Origin: an uncultured Collinsella sp.
GTDB taxonomy: Bacteria; Actinomycetota; Coriobacteriia; Coriobacteriales; Coriobacteriaceae
DNA: 64,000 nt
Assembly (NCBI GenBank): GCA_902493855.1
Contig: CABUQV010000005.1
Span: forward strand, 5,962 to 69,961
Direction: 5' to 3'
A model generated the notes under the pieces. It was not told the DNA's origin and did no database searches. It worked only from the letters and a program-made list of their open reading frames with translations. Position numbers and translations under genes: made by a program. Below are positions 33,209 through 42,063 of the stretch, in pieces (positions within the stretch are counted from its first letter, which is position 1; every line of letters starts with the position of its first letter).

Positions 33209-33730
33209 CTATTCTGCTAGACCGTCGGCCTTTGCAATCCCGTTTGTCGAACCGTCCTGATAGACAATCTTGACGTGCTCAACCTCGGACACCGCAACAC
33301 CCGCCGGGGGCTCCAGGCGCCATTCCGTCAGCACGATATCCATGGTCGTGGGCACATCTCCTTGATCTTTGAGCTTCACCGTGAGCGTTTTGAGCGCCGC
33401 GTCAAACGTCACGCGTTCGATTTCTTCACCTGGAATGGACCCACCACTCAGCTGCAACTGCACAAACTCATCGCGCGGGTACCAATAATCGCCCGGAACG
33501 GCGAGCGTATTGGCATTACCGCCAGTACTCCTCACCGTCATAATCGGTAGGCTATCATCAGCCTCGAACTCCCAGGCAGCGCCGCCGCGACCGCCAAACG
33601 TCCAAATACAAAAGGCAATCACCAACACGGCAAGCACCGCAAAACCAATCGCGACAAGGCCATGGTGCGCACGGCTTTCCTCGACCGATACATCCCATTG
33701 CGTCTCTCGATATAGATGCTTGTCTTCCAT
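33209..33730 (-). CDS. Membrane-anchored hypothetical protein
   Basis: MEDKHLY start after GGAGG; one TM helix; the rest of the 692-aa ORF is a thiC shadow. Confidence 0.6.
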   Translation of the reverse strand: MEDKHLYRETQWDVSVEESRAHHGLVAIGFAVLAVLVIAFCIWTFGGRGGAAWEFEADDSLPIMTVRSTGGNANTLAVPGDYWYPRDEFVQLQLSGGSIPGEEIERVTFDAALKTLTVKLKDQGDVPTTMDIVLTEWRLEPPAGVAVSEVEHVKIVYQDGSTNGIAKADGLAE

Positions 33731-33797
33731 GTTCGCCTCCTCACAGGCACGCTCGCTAGGCCAATCGTACCCATTCGAGCTATACTTGAGCCCATTA

Positions 33798-33896
33798 CAT
33801 AAACGGGGAGCTTGCGGGACAAGACGGCAGGCTGAGATTGGGCGCGCCCGCCCTGACCCGCAAACCTGATATGGGTAATGCCAACGAAGGGAGCCG
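33798..33896 (+). promoter_or_regulatory. TPP riboswitch
   Basis: GGGG..GCTGAGA..ACCCG.AAACCTGAT..GGTAATGCC..CGAAGGGA just before thiC. Confidence 0.9.
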
Positions 33897-33901
33897 TGCC
33901 A

Positions 33902-35236
33902 ATGAGCACACAGACCGAGCCCAAGCTCGTCACGCAAATCGACTTCGCCCGCGCCGGGCAGATCACACCGCAGATGAAGGAAGTCGCCGATCGCGAGCAT
34001 CGCGACCCCGAGTACATCCGCGAGCGCGTGGCAGACGGCCGCATCGCCATTCCCGCCAACATCGTGCATATCAAAAAGGGGATGCGCGCCTTTGGTGTCG
34101 GCGAGGGCCTGTCCACCAAGGTCAACGTGAACTTGGGCATCTCGGGCGACAAGGCCGATGCCGCCGAGGAATGGAAGAAGGTCAAGATTGCCGAGGACTT
34201 TGGCGCCGACGCCATCATGGACCTCTCCAACTCGGGCAAGACGCGCCAGTTCCGCCAGCAGCTCATCGACGAGACGCCGCTTATGGTGGGCACCGTCCCC
34301 ATGTACGACGCCATCGGCTACATGGAAAAGCCGCTGGTCAAGCTCACCAAGGACGACCTGCTCGAGGTCGTTCGCGCGCACGCCGAGGACGGCGTGGACT
34401 TCATGACCATCCACTGCGGCATCAACAAGTCGGTCATCAAGACCTTTAAGGAGACCGGCCGCCTCATGAACATCGTCAGCCGCGGCGGCTCGCTGCTGTT
34501 TGGCTGGATGGAGGTCACCGGCAATGAGAATCCCTTCTACGAGTTCTACGACGAGGTGCTCGAGATCTGCCACGAGTACGACGTGACGATTTCGCTTGGC
34601 GACTCCTGCCGCCCGGGCTGCCTCTACGACTCCAACGACGCAACCGAGACCGCCGAGATGATCGAGCTGGGCAAGCTGTGCAAGCGCGCCTGGGCCGCCG
34701 GCGTCCAGGTCATGGTCGAGGGCCCGGGTCACATGGCGCTCGACGAGATCGCCGCCAACATGAAACTGCAGAAGCGCCTGTGCCACAACGCCCCGTTCTA
34801 TGTGCTCGGGCCGCTGGTGACCGATATCGGCGTGGGCTATGACCACATCACCGCCGCCATCGGTGGTGCCATCTCCGCCAGCTCCGGCGCCGACTTCCTG
34901 TGCTACGTGACGCCGGCCGAGCACCTGTGCCTCCCCAACGCCCAGGATGTGCTCGACGGCCTCATGGCCACCAAGATCGCCGCACACGCCGCCGATATCG
35001 CCAAGAAGGTGCCCCACGCCCGCGACATGGACGACAAGATGGGCCAGGCACGCCGCAAGCTCGACTGGGACGCCATGTGGAAGTGCGCGCTCGACCCGGT
35101 TACGGGCAAGAAACGCTACGAGGAGTCCCCCGCCGCCACCGAGGGCACTTGCACCATGTGTGGCAAGATGTGCGCCGTCCGCACCGTTAACAAGGTGTTC
35201 GAAGGCACGACGATCGACCTCGGCATGGAGAACTAA
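33902..35236 (+). CDS. thiC: Phosphomethylpyrimidine synthase
   Basis: TKVNVN, EGPGH, YVTPAEHL, CTMCGKMC. Confidence 0.95.
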   Translation: MSTQTEPKLVTQIDFARAGQITPQMKEVADREHRDPEYIRERVADGRIAIPANIVHIKKGMRAFGVGEGLSTKVNVNLGISGDKADAAEEWKKVKIAEDFGADAIMDLSNSGKTRQFRQQLIDETPLMVGTVPMYDAIGYMEKPLVKLTKDDLLEVVRAHAEDGVDFMTIHCGINKSVIKTFKETGRLMNIVSRGGSLLFGWMEVTGNENPFYEFYDEVLEICHEYDVTISLGDSCRPGCLYDSNDATETAEMIELGKLCKRAWAAGVQVMVEGPGHMALDEIAANMKLQKRLCHNAPFYVLGPLVTDIGVGYDHITAAIGGAISASSGADFLCYVTPAEHLCLPNAQDVLDGLMATKIAAHAADIAKKVPHARDMDDKMGQARRKLDWDAMWKCALDPVTGKKRYEESPAATEGTCTMCGKMCAVRTVNKVFEGTTIDLGMEN

Positions 35237-35413
35237 CTCGTCACCGGAGCCACAAACGGCCACAAGGTGTTCGTCAATTGTTGACATGTGAACATTTTCT
35301 TACATTTACGTAAAGATTGCACCGCCCGCCCGGGATCGGCATACAGCCGGCCCGGGCAACTTTATAATGCAGACAGAAGACCCATTTGAATCCGACCGAT
35401 CAAGGGAGCGAAC

Positions 35414-36244
35414 ATGGATCGCAGTAAGGTACCCGCCGTTCTATCCATCGCAGGATCCGATTCCAGCGGTGGTGCCGGCATTCAGGCCGACATCAAGACC
35501 ATCACGGCGCACCGCCTGTATGCCGAGACGGCCATCACGGCCATCACCGCACAAAACACGCTCGGCGTCACCGCCGTGCAGAATATCTCCCCGGACATTG
35601 TCGCGGCGCAGATCGATGCCGTTTTTGACGATATCCGCCCCAGCGCTGTCAAGATCGGCATGGTTTCCTCTGCCGAGATTATCGAGGTTATCGCCAACCG
35701 CTTGAGTGCCTGGGGTGCACAAAATATCGTCGTCGACCCCGTCATGGTCGCCACCTCGGGCGCTCGCCTGATCGCAGAGGATGCCGCCGAAGCGCTTACG
35801 CGCCGCCTGTTCCCACTGGCGACCGTCATCACGCCCAATATTCCCGAGGCCATGGCGCTGCTCGATTACGAGGTCGATTCCGAGCGCACGCAGCAAAATG
35901 CCGCCATGCTCCTCACCCGCCGCTTTGGCTGCGCGTCCCTCGTTAAGGGCGGGCATTTTGTCAACGAAGCCAACGATGTGCTAGCAGAGCCCGCGCCGCT
36001 CGATGACGAGGGCAACCATCTGGGCGATCCGCTCACCACGTGGTTCCGTCACAAGCGTATCGAGACCGGCAACACGCACGGTACTGGCTGCACGCTCTCG
36101 TCCGCCATCGCCTGCGCGCTGGCCCAGGGCATGGATCTTGCCGATGCCGTCAACGCCGGCAAGGCCTACCTAACGGGCGCTCTCGCCGCCGGCTTTGACA
36201 TGGGCAAAGGCTCCGGCCCCGTCAATCACATGTGGCAGTACTGA
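35414..36244 (+). CDS. thiD: Hydroxymethylpyrimidine/phosphomethylpyrimidine kinase
   Basis: GSDSSGGAGIQAD, THGTGCTLS. Confidence 0.95.
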   Translation: MDRSKVPAVLSIAGSDSSGGAGIQADIKTITAHRLYAETAITAITAQNTLGVTAVQNISPDIVAAQIDAVFDDIRPSAVKIGMVSSAEIIEVIANRLSAWGAQNIVVDPVMVATSGARLIAEDAAEALTRRLFPLATVITPNIPEAMALLDYEVDSERTQQNAAMLLTRRFGCASLVKGGHFVNEANDVLAEPAPLDDEGNHLGDPLTTWFRHKRIETGNTHGTGCTLSSAIACALAQGMDLADAVNAGKAYLTGALAAGFDMGKGSGPVNHMWQY

Positions 36245-36402
36245 CCTGTAGGAACGACAAAAACGAACACTCCGTTTACCTGCTGGTTCAAGTACGACAA
36301 CAACGGCAGAAGCGCATAAAACGGGTTAGCACGCGCACTTGGGATAATTTGGGGATACGCTAGGGTCACCGTCGAACTGACGAATCGTCTTGTTTAATTC
36401 AA

Positions 36403-36442
36403 AAAAAGCTCCCTCCCTGGACAACCAGGGAGGGAGCTTTTT
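36403..36442. terminator. Bidirectional intrinsic terminator after the endolysin
   Basis: aaaaagctccctccctgg-acaa-ccagggagggagcttttt. Confidence 0.85.
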
Positions 36443-36469
36443 CGTTTGTTGCCAATCAATAATCGAGGG

Positions 36470-37429
36470 TCATCGGTACAACCCACGGACCAGCGCCTTG
36501 CCGATCGCGACGTTGGTGTCACGGCCGTGGTAGCCATCGGCGCCTGACGAGCCGCACGAGATGCCATGTGCGATAAGCCAACGCTGGTGCTGTTTGATGG
36601 TTCCGCTGTTCATCTGGCGAGCCTGGACACCGCAGAACTCAGGGTAGATCTTGCAACCCACTTTGCGCTGAAGCGCCAGGACCATATCAGAGCCGCAACC
36701 TTTTCCGGCCTTCGCCCACTCGACGCAGCCCGCATCGACGGCCCAGAAATAAGACTTGTTAGTGAGCCACTGACCCGAGATGACCCCGTCGGCGGAGGTC
36801 CCAAGCTGGCGCTGAAGCTCACTAATCATCTTGGGACCGAGGTAGCGCGTGTCACCGAGGCTCGAGACGGTGTTGTCCCTGACCTCGGTGTTTGTGCCGC
36901 TGAGCGTCTTGCCATCGCCGAGCCAGTACAGGGTGCCGTCCCACGGATAGCTGTAGTACGGCTTGATGTTGCTCTCGCGCCCCGTCTGATCGCCCTCTGC
37001 ACCGGTGACGGTGCCTTTTTCCGAGATGGAAAACTGTGCCAGCATGTCGCCGCGTATGGAGCCGTAGGGCGAGATGCACACGGCGGTGTGATGCCTCTCG
37101 TTGAGATAGATGTCACCGCGCCGCGCCGACTTTACGCCCATCTTTCGCCATCCGAAAAGCCCGGTCTTGAGCAACTGCGTGCGCATGTTGCCGGTATAGG
37201 TGGCGCCGAACGTGTTCACGCCAACGGCGCGCAGGGCGGTTATCACCGCCGAGCTACAGTCACGGTCGCCGCCCGCGACGGTCACAGTCGTGCCTTCGGA
37301 AAGAGTGATGACCTCCATGGTGCCGTCGCCCATGCGGTTTATCTGGGAATAGCCGTGTCCCGTTCCCCCGTCATGCGAGACGAGGTGCTCAATTACCTGC
37401 GCGAAGGCCTCACGCTGAGTGATCGCCAC
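36470..37429 (-). CDS. Endolysin (NlpC/P60-CHAP-like catalytic domain plus wall-binding C-terminus)
   Basis: DRDCSS catalytic Cys, HHTAV; ADG repeats; last gene after the holin. Confidence 0.8.
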   Translation of the reverse strand: MAITQREAFAQVIEHLVSHDGGTGHGYSQINRMGDGTMEVITLSEGTTVTVAGGDRDCSSAVITALRAVGVNTFGATYTGNMRTQLLKTGLFGWRKMGVKSARRGDIYLNERHHTAVCISPYGSIRGDMLAQFSISEKGTVTGAEGDQTGRESNIKPYYSYPWDGTLYWLGDGKTLSGTNTEVRDNTVSSLGDTRYLGPKMISELQRQLGTSADGVISGQWLTNKSYFWAVDAGCVEWAKAGKGCGSDMVLALQRKVGCKIYPEFCGVQARQMNSGTIKQHQRWLIAHGISCGSSGADGYHGRDTNVAIGKALVRGLYR

Positions 37430-37805
37430 TAGCGTCGCCTCCTCCATCGTGCTTGAAGATGCGCATGAGCGGGGTGTCGCGCAGCTCGGGATAGCCTGAG
37501 CAGACGTTCTCCATGCAGCTCGCGACCTCCATGACGGCGATGTAGGTGCAAACGACCGTGACGGTCACGCCGCCCAGGCCAAGGCCCACGACGTGCTGCG
37601 TGCCCGCCTCGATGATGATGGAAAGCAGGATAACGCAGAGGAGCTGCGCCTTGTGGCCGAGCCCCTCGCGCATCTTGGAGCTCGAAACGGTACCGTTGAT
37701 GACGGCGCTGATGAAGCCGGTGACGATGTCCATGAGCATTAGTGCGCATGCAAGGCTAATGGCCCAGACCTGAGGCTCGGTCAGCTGGACGAAGAAGATT
37801 GACAT
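37410..37805 (-). CDS. Holin
   Basis: DIVTG..SSKMREGL.HK, three TM segments, E..S..EN. Confidence 0.85.
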   Translation of the reverse strand: MSIFFVQLTEPQVWAISLACALMLMDIVTGFISAVINGTVSSSKMREGLGHKAQLLCVILLSIIIEAGTQHVVGLGLGGVTVTVVCTYIAVMEVASCMENVCSGYPELRDTPLMRIFKHDGGGDASGDHSA

Positions 37806-37816
37806 GCGATCCTCCC

Positions 37817-38389
37817 CTAGCCGTTGCTCACGATGCTCCAGGCGCCGTCAGACCCGAAGACGCCGGGCTCGAGCGTGTTGCCGTCAATCAGCGACTCGTA
37901 GACGGTGCCGTACTTGGTAACCCGGTCGCCCTTGGCGTACGACTTTCCTCCGATCCACTCGGGAACGTCGGCACCGCCGGCCGTGGACGCTACGACCTTC
38001 GCCCAGTGCTGGGGATCGGATACGGGGTCCGCAGCGGTCGCCGTGTGGCCGGAGATGGCCTTGTAGAGCGTGCCCTGCCAGAGCACGCGGTCTCCCTGCG
38101 CATAGACGTGACCGCATGCATAGAGCGGATAGAGCGCCGGAACCTTCAACGCATCATGGTCGGAGAGGGTGGCCGCCTGGATCTGGGCGAGCACGAGGGC
38201 AGCGTCCTGAGGCGTTCCGGCATCGGGAACGAGAGTCCACACCTGCCAGATGGCGCCGTCATGCTGCTCATAGGCGAGCACCGTGTGGTAACCGGCGTCG
38301 GGGTTGGGTTCCGCCGCCTCGCGAATCGGCAGGCCGGAGCCGTCCGTAGTCAGGTAGACAGACCCAGATACAAATTGTCCGTAAAACAT
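37817..38389 (-). CDS. Virion accessory protein with two CBM5/12-like repeats
   Basis: YAQGDRVLWQGTLYKA and W..GKSY.KGDRV..YG..YES motifs. Confidence 0.6.
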   Translation of the reverse strand: MFYGQFVSGSVYLTTDGSGLPIREAAEPNPDAGYHTVLAYEQHDGAIWQVWTLVPDAGTPQDAALVLAQIQAATLSDHDALKVPALYPLYACGHVYAQGDRVLWQGTLYKAISGHTATAADPVSDPQHWAKVVASTAGGADVPEWIGGKSYAKGDRVTKYGTVYESLIDGNTLEPGVFGSDGAWSIVSNG

Positions 38390-38397
38390 TTTTCTCC

Positions 38398-38805
38398 TTA
38401 ATGGTTGATTCTATCCCAAAGCTCCGGAGCCGTATCGGGCTCAGATCCGATACGGGGTGCATGCGTCTGCAGGCACTTGTACAGGTCGCCTCCATATGCC
38501 ACACGCGCGCCAGCGGCATACGAGGCCTCACCCACATACCACGGCCGGATGAGCTGGAGTACCTTCAGCGCATCCACATCACCGAGAGTCTCGGCGGACA
38601 TGGCAGCAAGCCGCACCGCGTCATCGCGCACCCCGTCTGGCACGACACTCCATACTTGGTAGATGGAACCGCCCCGCTGCTCATACGCCATGTCCGCCTT
38701 GAAACCCTCGGGGACCTCAGGCTCATCAGACGCGAGAATCGGGAGACCCCTCCCGTCTGTCGCCAGGCGCACTGCGGGCCCGACAAGGGTCCCGATCAAT
38801 GCCAT
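38398..38805 (-). CDS. Paralog of the adjacent gene with one CBM5/12-like repeat
   Basis: Shared N-terminus (TDG.GLPI...AYEQ..G.I.QVW..VPD); YAAGARVAYGGDLYKCLQ.H. Confidence 0.6.
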   Translation of the reverse strand: MALIGTLVGPAVRLATDGRGLPILASDEPEVPEGFKADMAYEQRGGSIYQVWSVVPDGVRDDAVRLAAMSAETLGDVDALKVLQLIRPWYVGEASYAAGARVAYGGDLYKCLQTHAPRIGSEPDTAPELWDRINH

Positions 38806-38892
38806 TTAGACTCCTTTCTCTCGACCTCTCGTGGCAGAAATCCCACGCGCGTATCCTCTCCTTAAGAGCCCACGCGTCTGGGATTTACGGGA

Positions 38893-39774
38893 TTGGAGAC
38901 CATGATGAAAGTTGCAGAGGCCGCCTCGAGGTACATGGACGATAAGCGCGGCAGGCTGCGCGCCTGCACCCTGGCCGGATACGAGAGCGCGCTAGCGCTG
39001 CACGTCCTACCTCGCTGGGGCGAGCTGGAACTCGAGGCGATAACGCCCGAGGGCGTACAGGGCTGGATCGATTCGTTTGATCTGCCGGGGGCCGCCGAAA
39101 AGGCATACAAGACCCTGCGGCAGGTTATCCGCTGGGCCATCCGCCGTCTCGGTGTGCGGATGTACGACCCAACCGCCGCCGGTGTCGAGCTACCGCACAA
39201 GCCGGCGCACTGCCCACGCACGATGGAGGCGAGCCAGGTTCGTGCCTACCTCCGCGCGCTGTGGGGACACGAGTGCGAGACGGTCGCAATCTGCTCGGTA
39301 ACCCTCGGGCTGCGGCGCGGCGAGGCGTGCGGCCTCAAGTGGTCGGACATCGACCTGCGCACCGGTGAGGTCCGCATCCGCCGTTCGAGGCAAGTCGTGC
39401 GCGGCAATGAGGTCGTCGAGGCGCCGAAGACCGAGCGCTCCGCGCGGTCCTGCTGGCTCCCCCGCTTCGCCGTCAACCGCCTGCGCGCGCTGCGAAAAGG
39501 CCGCTCGGGCTGGCTGTGCGAACTGTCGCCCGACGCCATTGCGCGGCACATCAAATCCGCATGTCGCCAAGCCGGAGCCGCCTGGACCTCGATGACGGAA
39601 TGCCGTCACACGTGGGCGACGCTCGCCGTGGAGGCAGGCGTGGGTATTGAGACCGTGGCCATGATGCTGGGACACACCGATATCGGCACGGCATACGAGC
39701 ACTACATCGTGCCGAGGCCGCGCATCTGCAAGGATGCGCAACGCGAGGTCGAGCGGCTGATACTGGCCGGGTGA
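38893..39774 (+). CDS. Tyrosine recombinase, putative shufflon invertase
   Basis: GLRRGE, RHT.AT, LGH, catalytic Y (EHY); no arm-binding domain; stop codon overlaps the first recombination site. Confidence 0.9.
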   Translation: METMMKVAEAASRYMDDKRGRLRACTLAGYESALALHVLPRWGELELEAITPEGVQGWIDSFDLPGAAEKAYKTLRQVIRWAIRRLGVRMYDPTAAGVELPHKPAHCPRTMEASQVRAYLRALWGHECETVAICSVTLGLRRGEACGLKWSDIDLRTGEVRIRRSRQVVRGNEVVEAPKTERSARSCWLPRFAVNRLRALRKGRSGWLCELSPDAIARHIKSACRQAGAAWTSMTECRHTWATLAVEAGVGIETVAMMLGHTDIGTAYEHYIVPRPRICKDAQREVERLILAG

Positions 39775-40087
39775 TTCTGTATCCCCAGTTTCCGTTGATT
39801 GCGGTATTACCAATCTGCCGACTACTGTCCGCATGGTTGGAAATATTGTTGTGGTCACGGTGTCCGGCACGCTAAAGAGTGCTGTAGGGGCCTGGGGAAT
39901 GCTGACATTAAGTAACGCAGTGCCAATGACAAGAGATAGGCATAACTCGCTCCTCATTTCGCAAGACACAACCGACCCCCGCATCTTGCTGTCGGTAACA
40001 GGGACCCATCTATTCATAGAGTCCAAAGGGGCCTCGATACCCCAGGGCTCCTGGATGTTCGGCCAGCTTGTATATGTCTGCGTGTAG
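39773..40087 (+). other. Silent variable C-terminal cassette A (104 codons)
   Basis: Open frame from the site: DSVSPVSVDCGITN...QLVYVCV*. Confidence 0.85.
39774..39785 (+). repeat. Shufflon site 1, ATTCTGTATCCC
   Basis: Exact 12-bp core overlapping the recombinase TGA. Confidence 0.9.
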
Positions 40088-40330
40088 CATTCTGTATCCC
40101 ATGTCGTGCGCAACGTGACTTTTTCTGCCAACAAGCAGTACGGCCCGTTTTATTACGACGAGTTCGATACGGAAATCAAGGCCAGAAATTTCGTGCTCGC
40201 CTTTCCACTGTCCGGCGTGCGATTTATTCGCCAGGCGGCGCCCTCATCAGCGGGGAAACAGCGTTGGATGATAGTGCAGACTTATAAGGGCAACGTCGAG
40301 ACTATCCCAGTGATGTTTTGCTGTTTCTAG
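40088..40330 (+). other. Silent variable C-terminal cassette B (80 codons)
   Basis: Open frame from the site: HSVSHVVRNVTFS...VMFCCF*. Confidence 0.85.
40089..40100 (+). repeat. Shufflon site 2, ATTCTGTATCCC
   Basis: Exact core one base after the TAG of cassette A. Confidence 0.9.
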
Positions 40331-40690
40331 CATTCTGTATCCCCGAACTATCTCGGCGGTGGCAACGTCGGTCTTCTTGGCTGCACCGTAAAGGCGGACT
40401 GCTGGATCGTCGCAACATGCATCCTCATCGTCAGGTTCAGCTATGTCTCGGGGTCGATGTCGTCATCTGACGCGTGCGAGCTCTCCTCGGGCGCTGCACT
40501 CGTGCTTCCCGAGCGCCTGAGGCCGAAGTCGAATATCCTGACCATGGCGTTCACGTCGGAGCGCTTTGGCAAGTCGGTAGGCGCGGTGGTCGAGCCGTCC
40601 GGCGCCGTAAAACTCTATTTCTCGACTCGCTCGGAAATATACGGATATGGATTTGAGAACTGCGCCTGCTGCATCCCCCTGGCCATATAG
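40331..40690 (+). other. Silent variable C-terminal cassette C (119 codons)
   Basis: Open frame: HSVSPNYLGGG...LPERLRP...CCIPLAI*. Confidence 0.85.
40332..40343 (+). repeat. Shufflon site 3, ATTCTGTATCCC
   Basis: Exact core one base after the TAG of cassette B. Confidence 0.9.
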
Positions 40691-40705
40691 CCCGTCCGCG
40701 CCCTC

Positions 40706-41005
40706 CTAGAACACGACGAAGTCCGCTCTGTATACGTCGGCGTCAGCCATAAGGTAGAGCATGCTGCCCGTATAGTAGGCATGGACACCGAAGCCGCCCG
40801 GGCTGTAATAGCAGTCGGCGCAGATCCCCGAGCCGGTGCAGTACCGCGCGAAGATGGATATGGGGAATACAGTCGATGCCAGCGGGCGACCGTTGTTGTA
40901 GATACAGACAAGCGCCGCCATCCTGCCCGAGGGGAGGTCGCACCGGAAAGGCTGATATAGCTTTCCAGTGCTTGTCTGTGCTACGAACCTCGGGGATACA
41001 GAATC
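40706..41005 (-). other. Silent variable C-terminal cassette D (99 codons)
   Basis: Open frame: DSVSPRFVAQTSTG...RADFVVF*. Confidence 0.85.
40993..41004 (-). repeat. Shufflon site 4 (GGGATACAGAAT on +)
   Basis: Exact core one base after the TAG of the expressed gene. Confidence 0.9.
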
Positions 41006-41836
41006 CTAATTGGCAATCCAGATGCAGTGTCCAATGTTGCGCCCTTGGCTAAAAGCTACCGCGCTAATAAAGACAACTTTGCCAGATTTCTGAACCTCGA
41101 CTTCTGCAGTGTTGTTGTTGACGATGCCGTTTGAAGATGTACGCACAGCCGGCGCAAGGAATGATTGAGTCGGACGGAATTCAACGGGCAACGTCCCTGC
41201 ATTCCATAACTGTGCTGATTCCTGAATGAAATTCCAAGACATCTCTACCAGGAAGCCTTTTTTACGGTAAGCCACATAGGGACCCGAGAAGTCTTTCCCA
41301 TATAAGAACTGATAGCCAACCTCGCGGGATACAGAATCCCCGAGGTCTGCCAGGGGAGTCAGTTCGGGGATGAGAAGCTTAGGCTGACCCGTCGTCAGTC
41401 CGTCGAATGTCACCGAGCAGATCGGGACCGTCACGTCAGCGTCACCGTCCAGGATAGAGCCTTTCGGCACCGACGGCGCGGCGGCGCTCGAGCCGGGGGT
41501 TCCCTGGAGAACCTTCCACTCGACCGTCTCGACAAGGGTCGGGCTGGACCCGCTCACATCGCGGGTGTAATGGACACAAATGTAGTCCATGCGCTTCTTG
41601 CCTTGCGAGCCGCTCGCCACCTTGACGTCCTCGGGCGAGGTGACGCCGATATGGCGACCCTGCACGATCATGTCGCCGGTCGCGATACGGACGGTGTTCG
41701 CGTCGACGAGAGATGGGGCCAGTTTGCCGCCCGTCTGCAGAACATAGCTGCCAGTGCCGACTTCGCCCGCAATGCGGCGCCCGTCGTCGGCCGAGCTGAC
41801 GTGCGGCACGCCCGCTTTACCGGTCACTATCTCCAT
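41006..41836 (-). CDS. Tail fibre/receptor-binding protein: constant N-terminus plus currently expressed cassette E
   Basis: Internal site at L-G-D-S-V-S; C-terminus has LP.EFRP motif; last gene of the tail cluster. Confidence 0.8.
   Translation of the reverse strand: MEIVTGKAGVPHVSSADDGRRIAGEVGTGSYVLQTGGKLAPSLVDANTVRIATGDMIVQGRHIGVTSPEDVKVASGSQGKKRMDYICVHYTRDVSGSSPTLVETVEWKVLQGTPGSSAAAPSVPKGSILDGDADVTVPICSVTFDGLTTGQPKLLIPELTPLADLGDSVSREVGYQFLYGKDFSGPYVAYRKKGFLVEMSWNFIQESAQLWNAGTLPVEFRPTQSFLAPAVRTSSNGIVNNNTAEVEVQKSGKVVFISAVAFSQGRNIGHCIWIAN
41326..41337 (-). repeat. Shufflon site 5 (expression-locus crossover site)
   Basis: GAT TCT GTA TCC C in frame within the tail gene. Confidence 0.9.
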
Positions 41837-42049
41837 TTAAGCCGTCCTTTCCCATATAAAGCCGTTCTGGCTGTCCCGCATGACCCACGTTCCCCCATAG
41901 GTGGCACCTGGGTTTTTGCCCTTGCTTTCCATATAGAGGGAGCCCACAGGGTGTGCGGCGAGGAACATCTGGGCGGTCGAGGCTGCAGGACCCTGTGGCC
42001 CCGTCTCCCCGGCAGGCCCCTTTATGTTGCCCAACTTGATCCAGGCCAT
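41837..42049 (-). CDS. Small collagen-repeat tail protein with HPVGSLY...WERTA C-terminal motif
   Basis: G-X-Y repeats; C-terminal motif typical of baseplate/fibre ends. Confidence 0.6.
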   Translation of the reverse strand: MAWIKLGNIKGPAGETGPQGPAASTAQMFLAAHPVGSLYMESKGKNPGATYGGTWVMRDSQNGFIWERTA

Positions 42050-42063
42050 TTCGCCGTCACCCG

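Noticed and set aside
33209..35287. 692-aa minus-strand ORF and many other long antisense ORFs
   Set aside because: High-GC shadow frames opposite recognisable genes
36351..36358. GGGGATAC partial match to the shufflon site
   Set aside because: Only 8 bp, and better explained as part of att-region repeats or chance
38407..38417. GATTCTATCCC resembling a sixth shufflon site
   Set aside because: Lacks 2 bp of the core, lies outside the array and has no credible cassette
39773..41338. Diversity-generating retroelement
   Set aside because: No reverse transcriptase and no template/variable repeat pair
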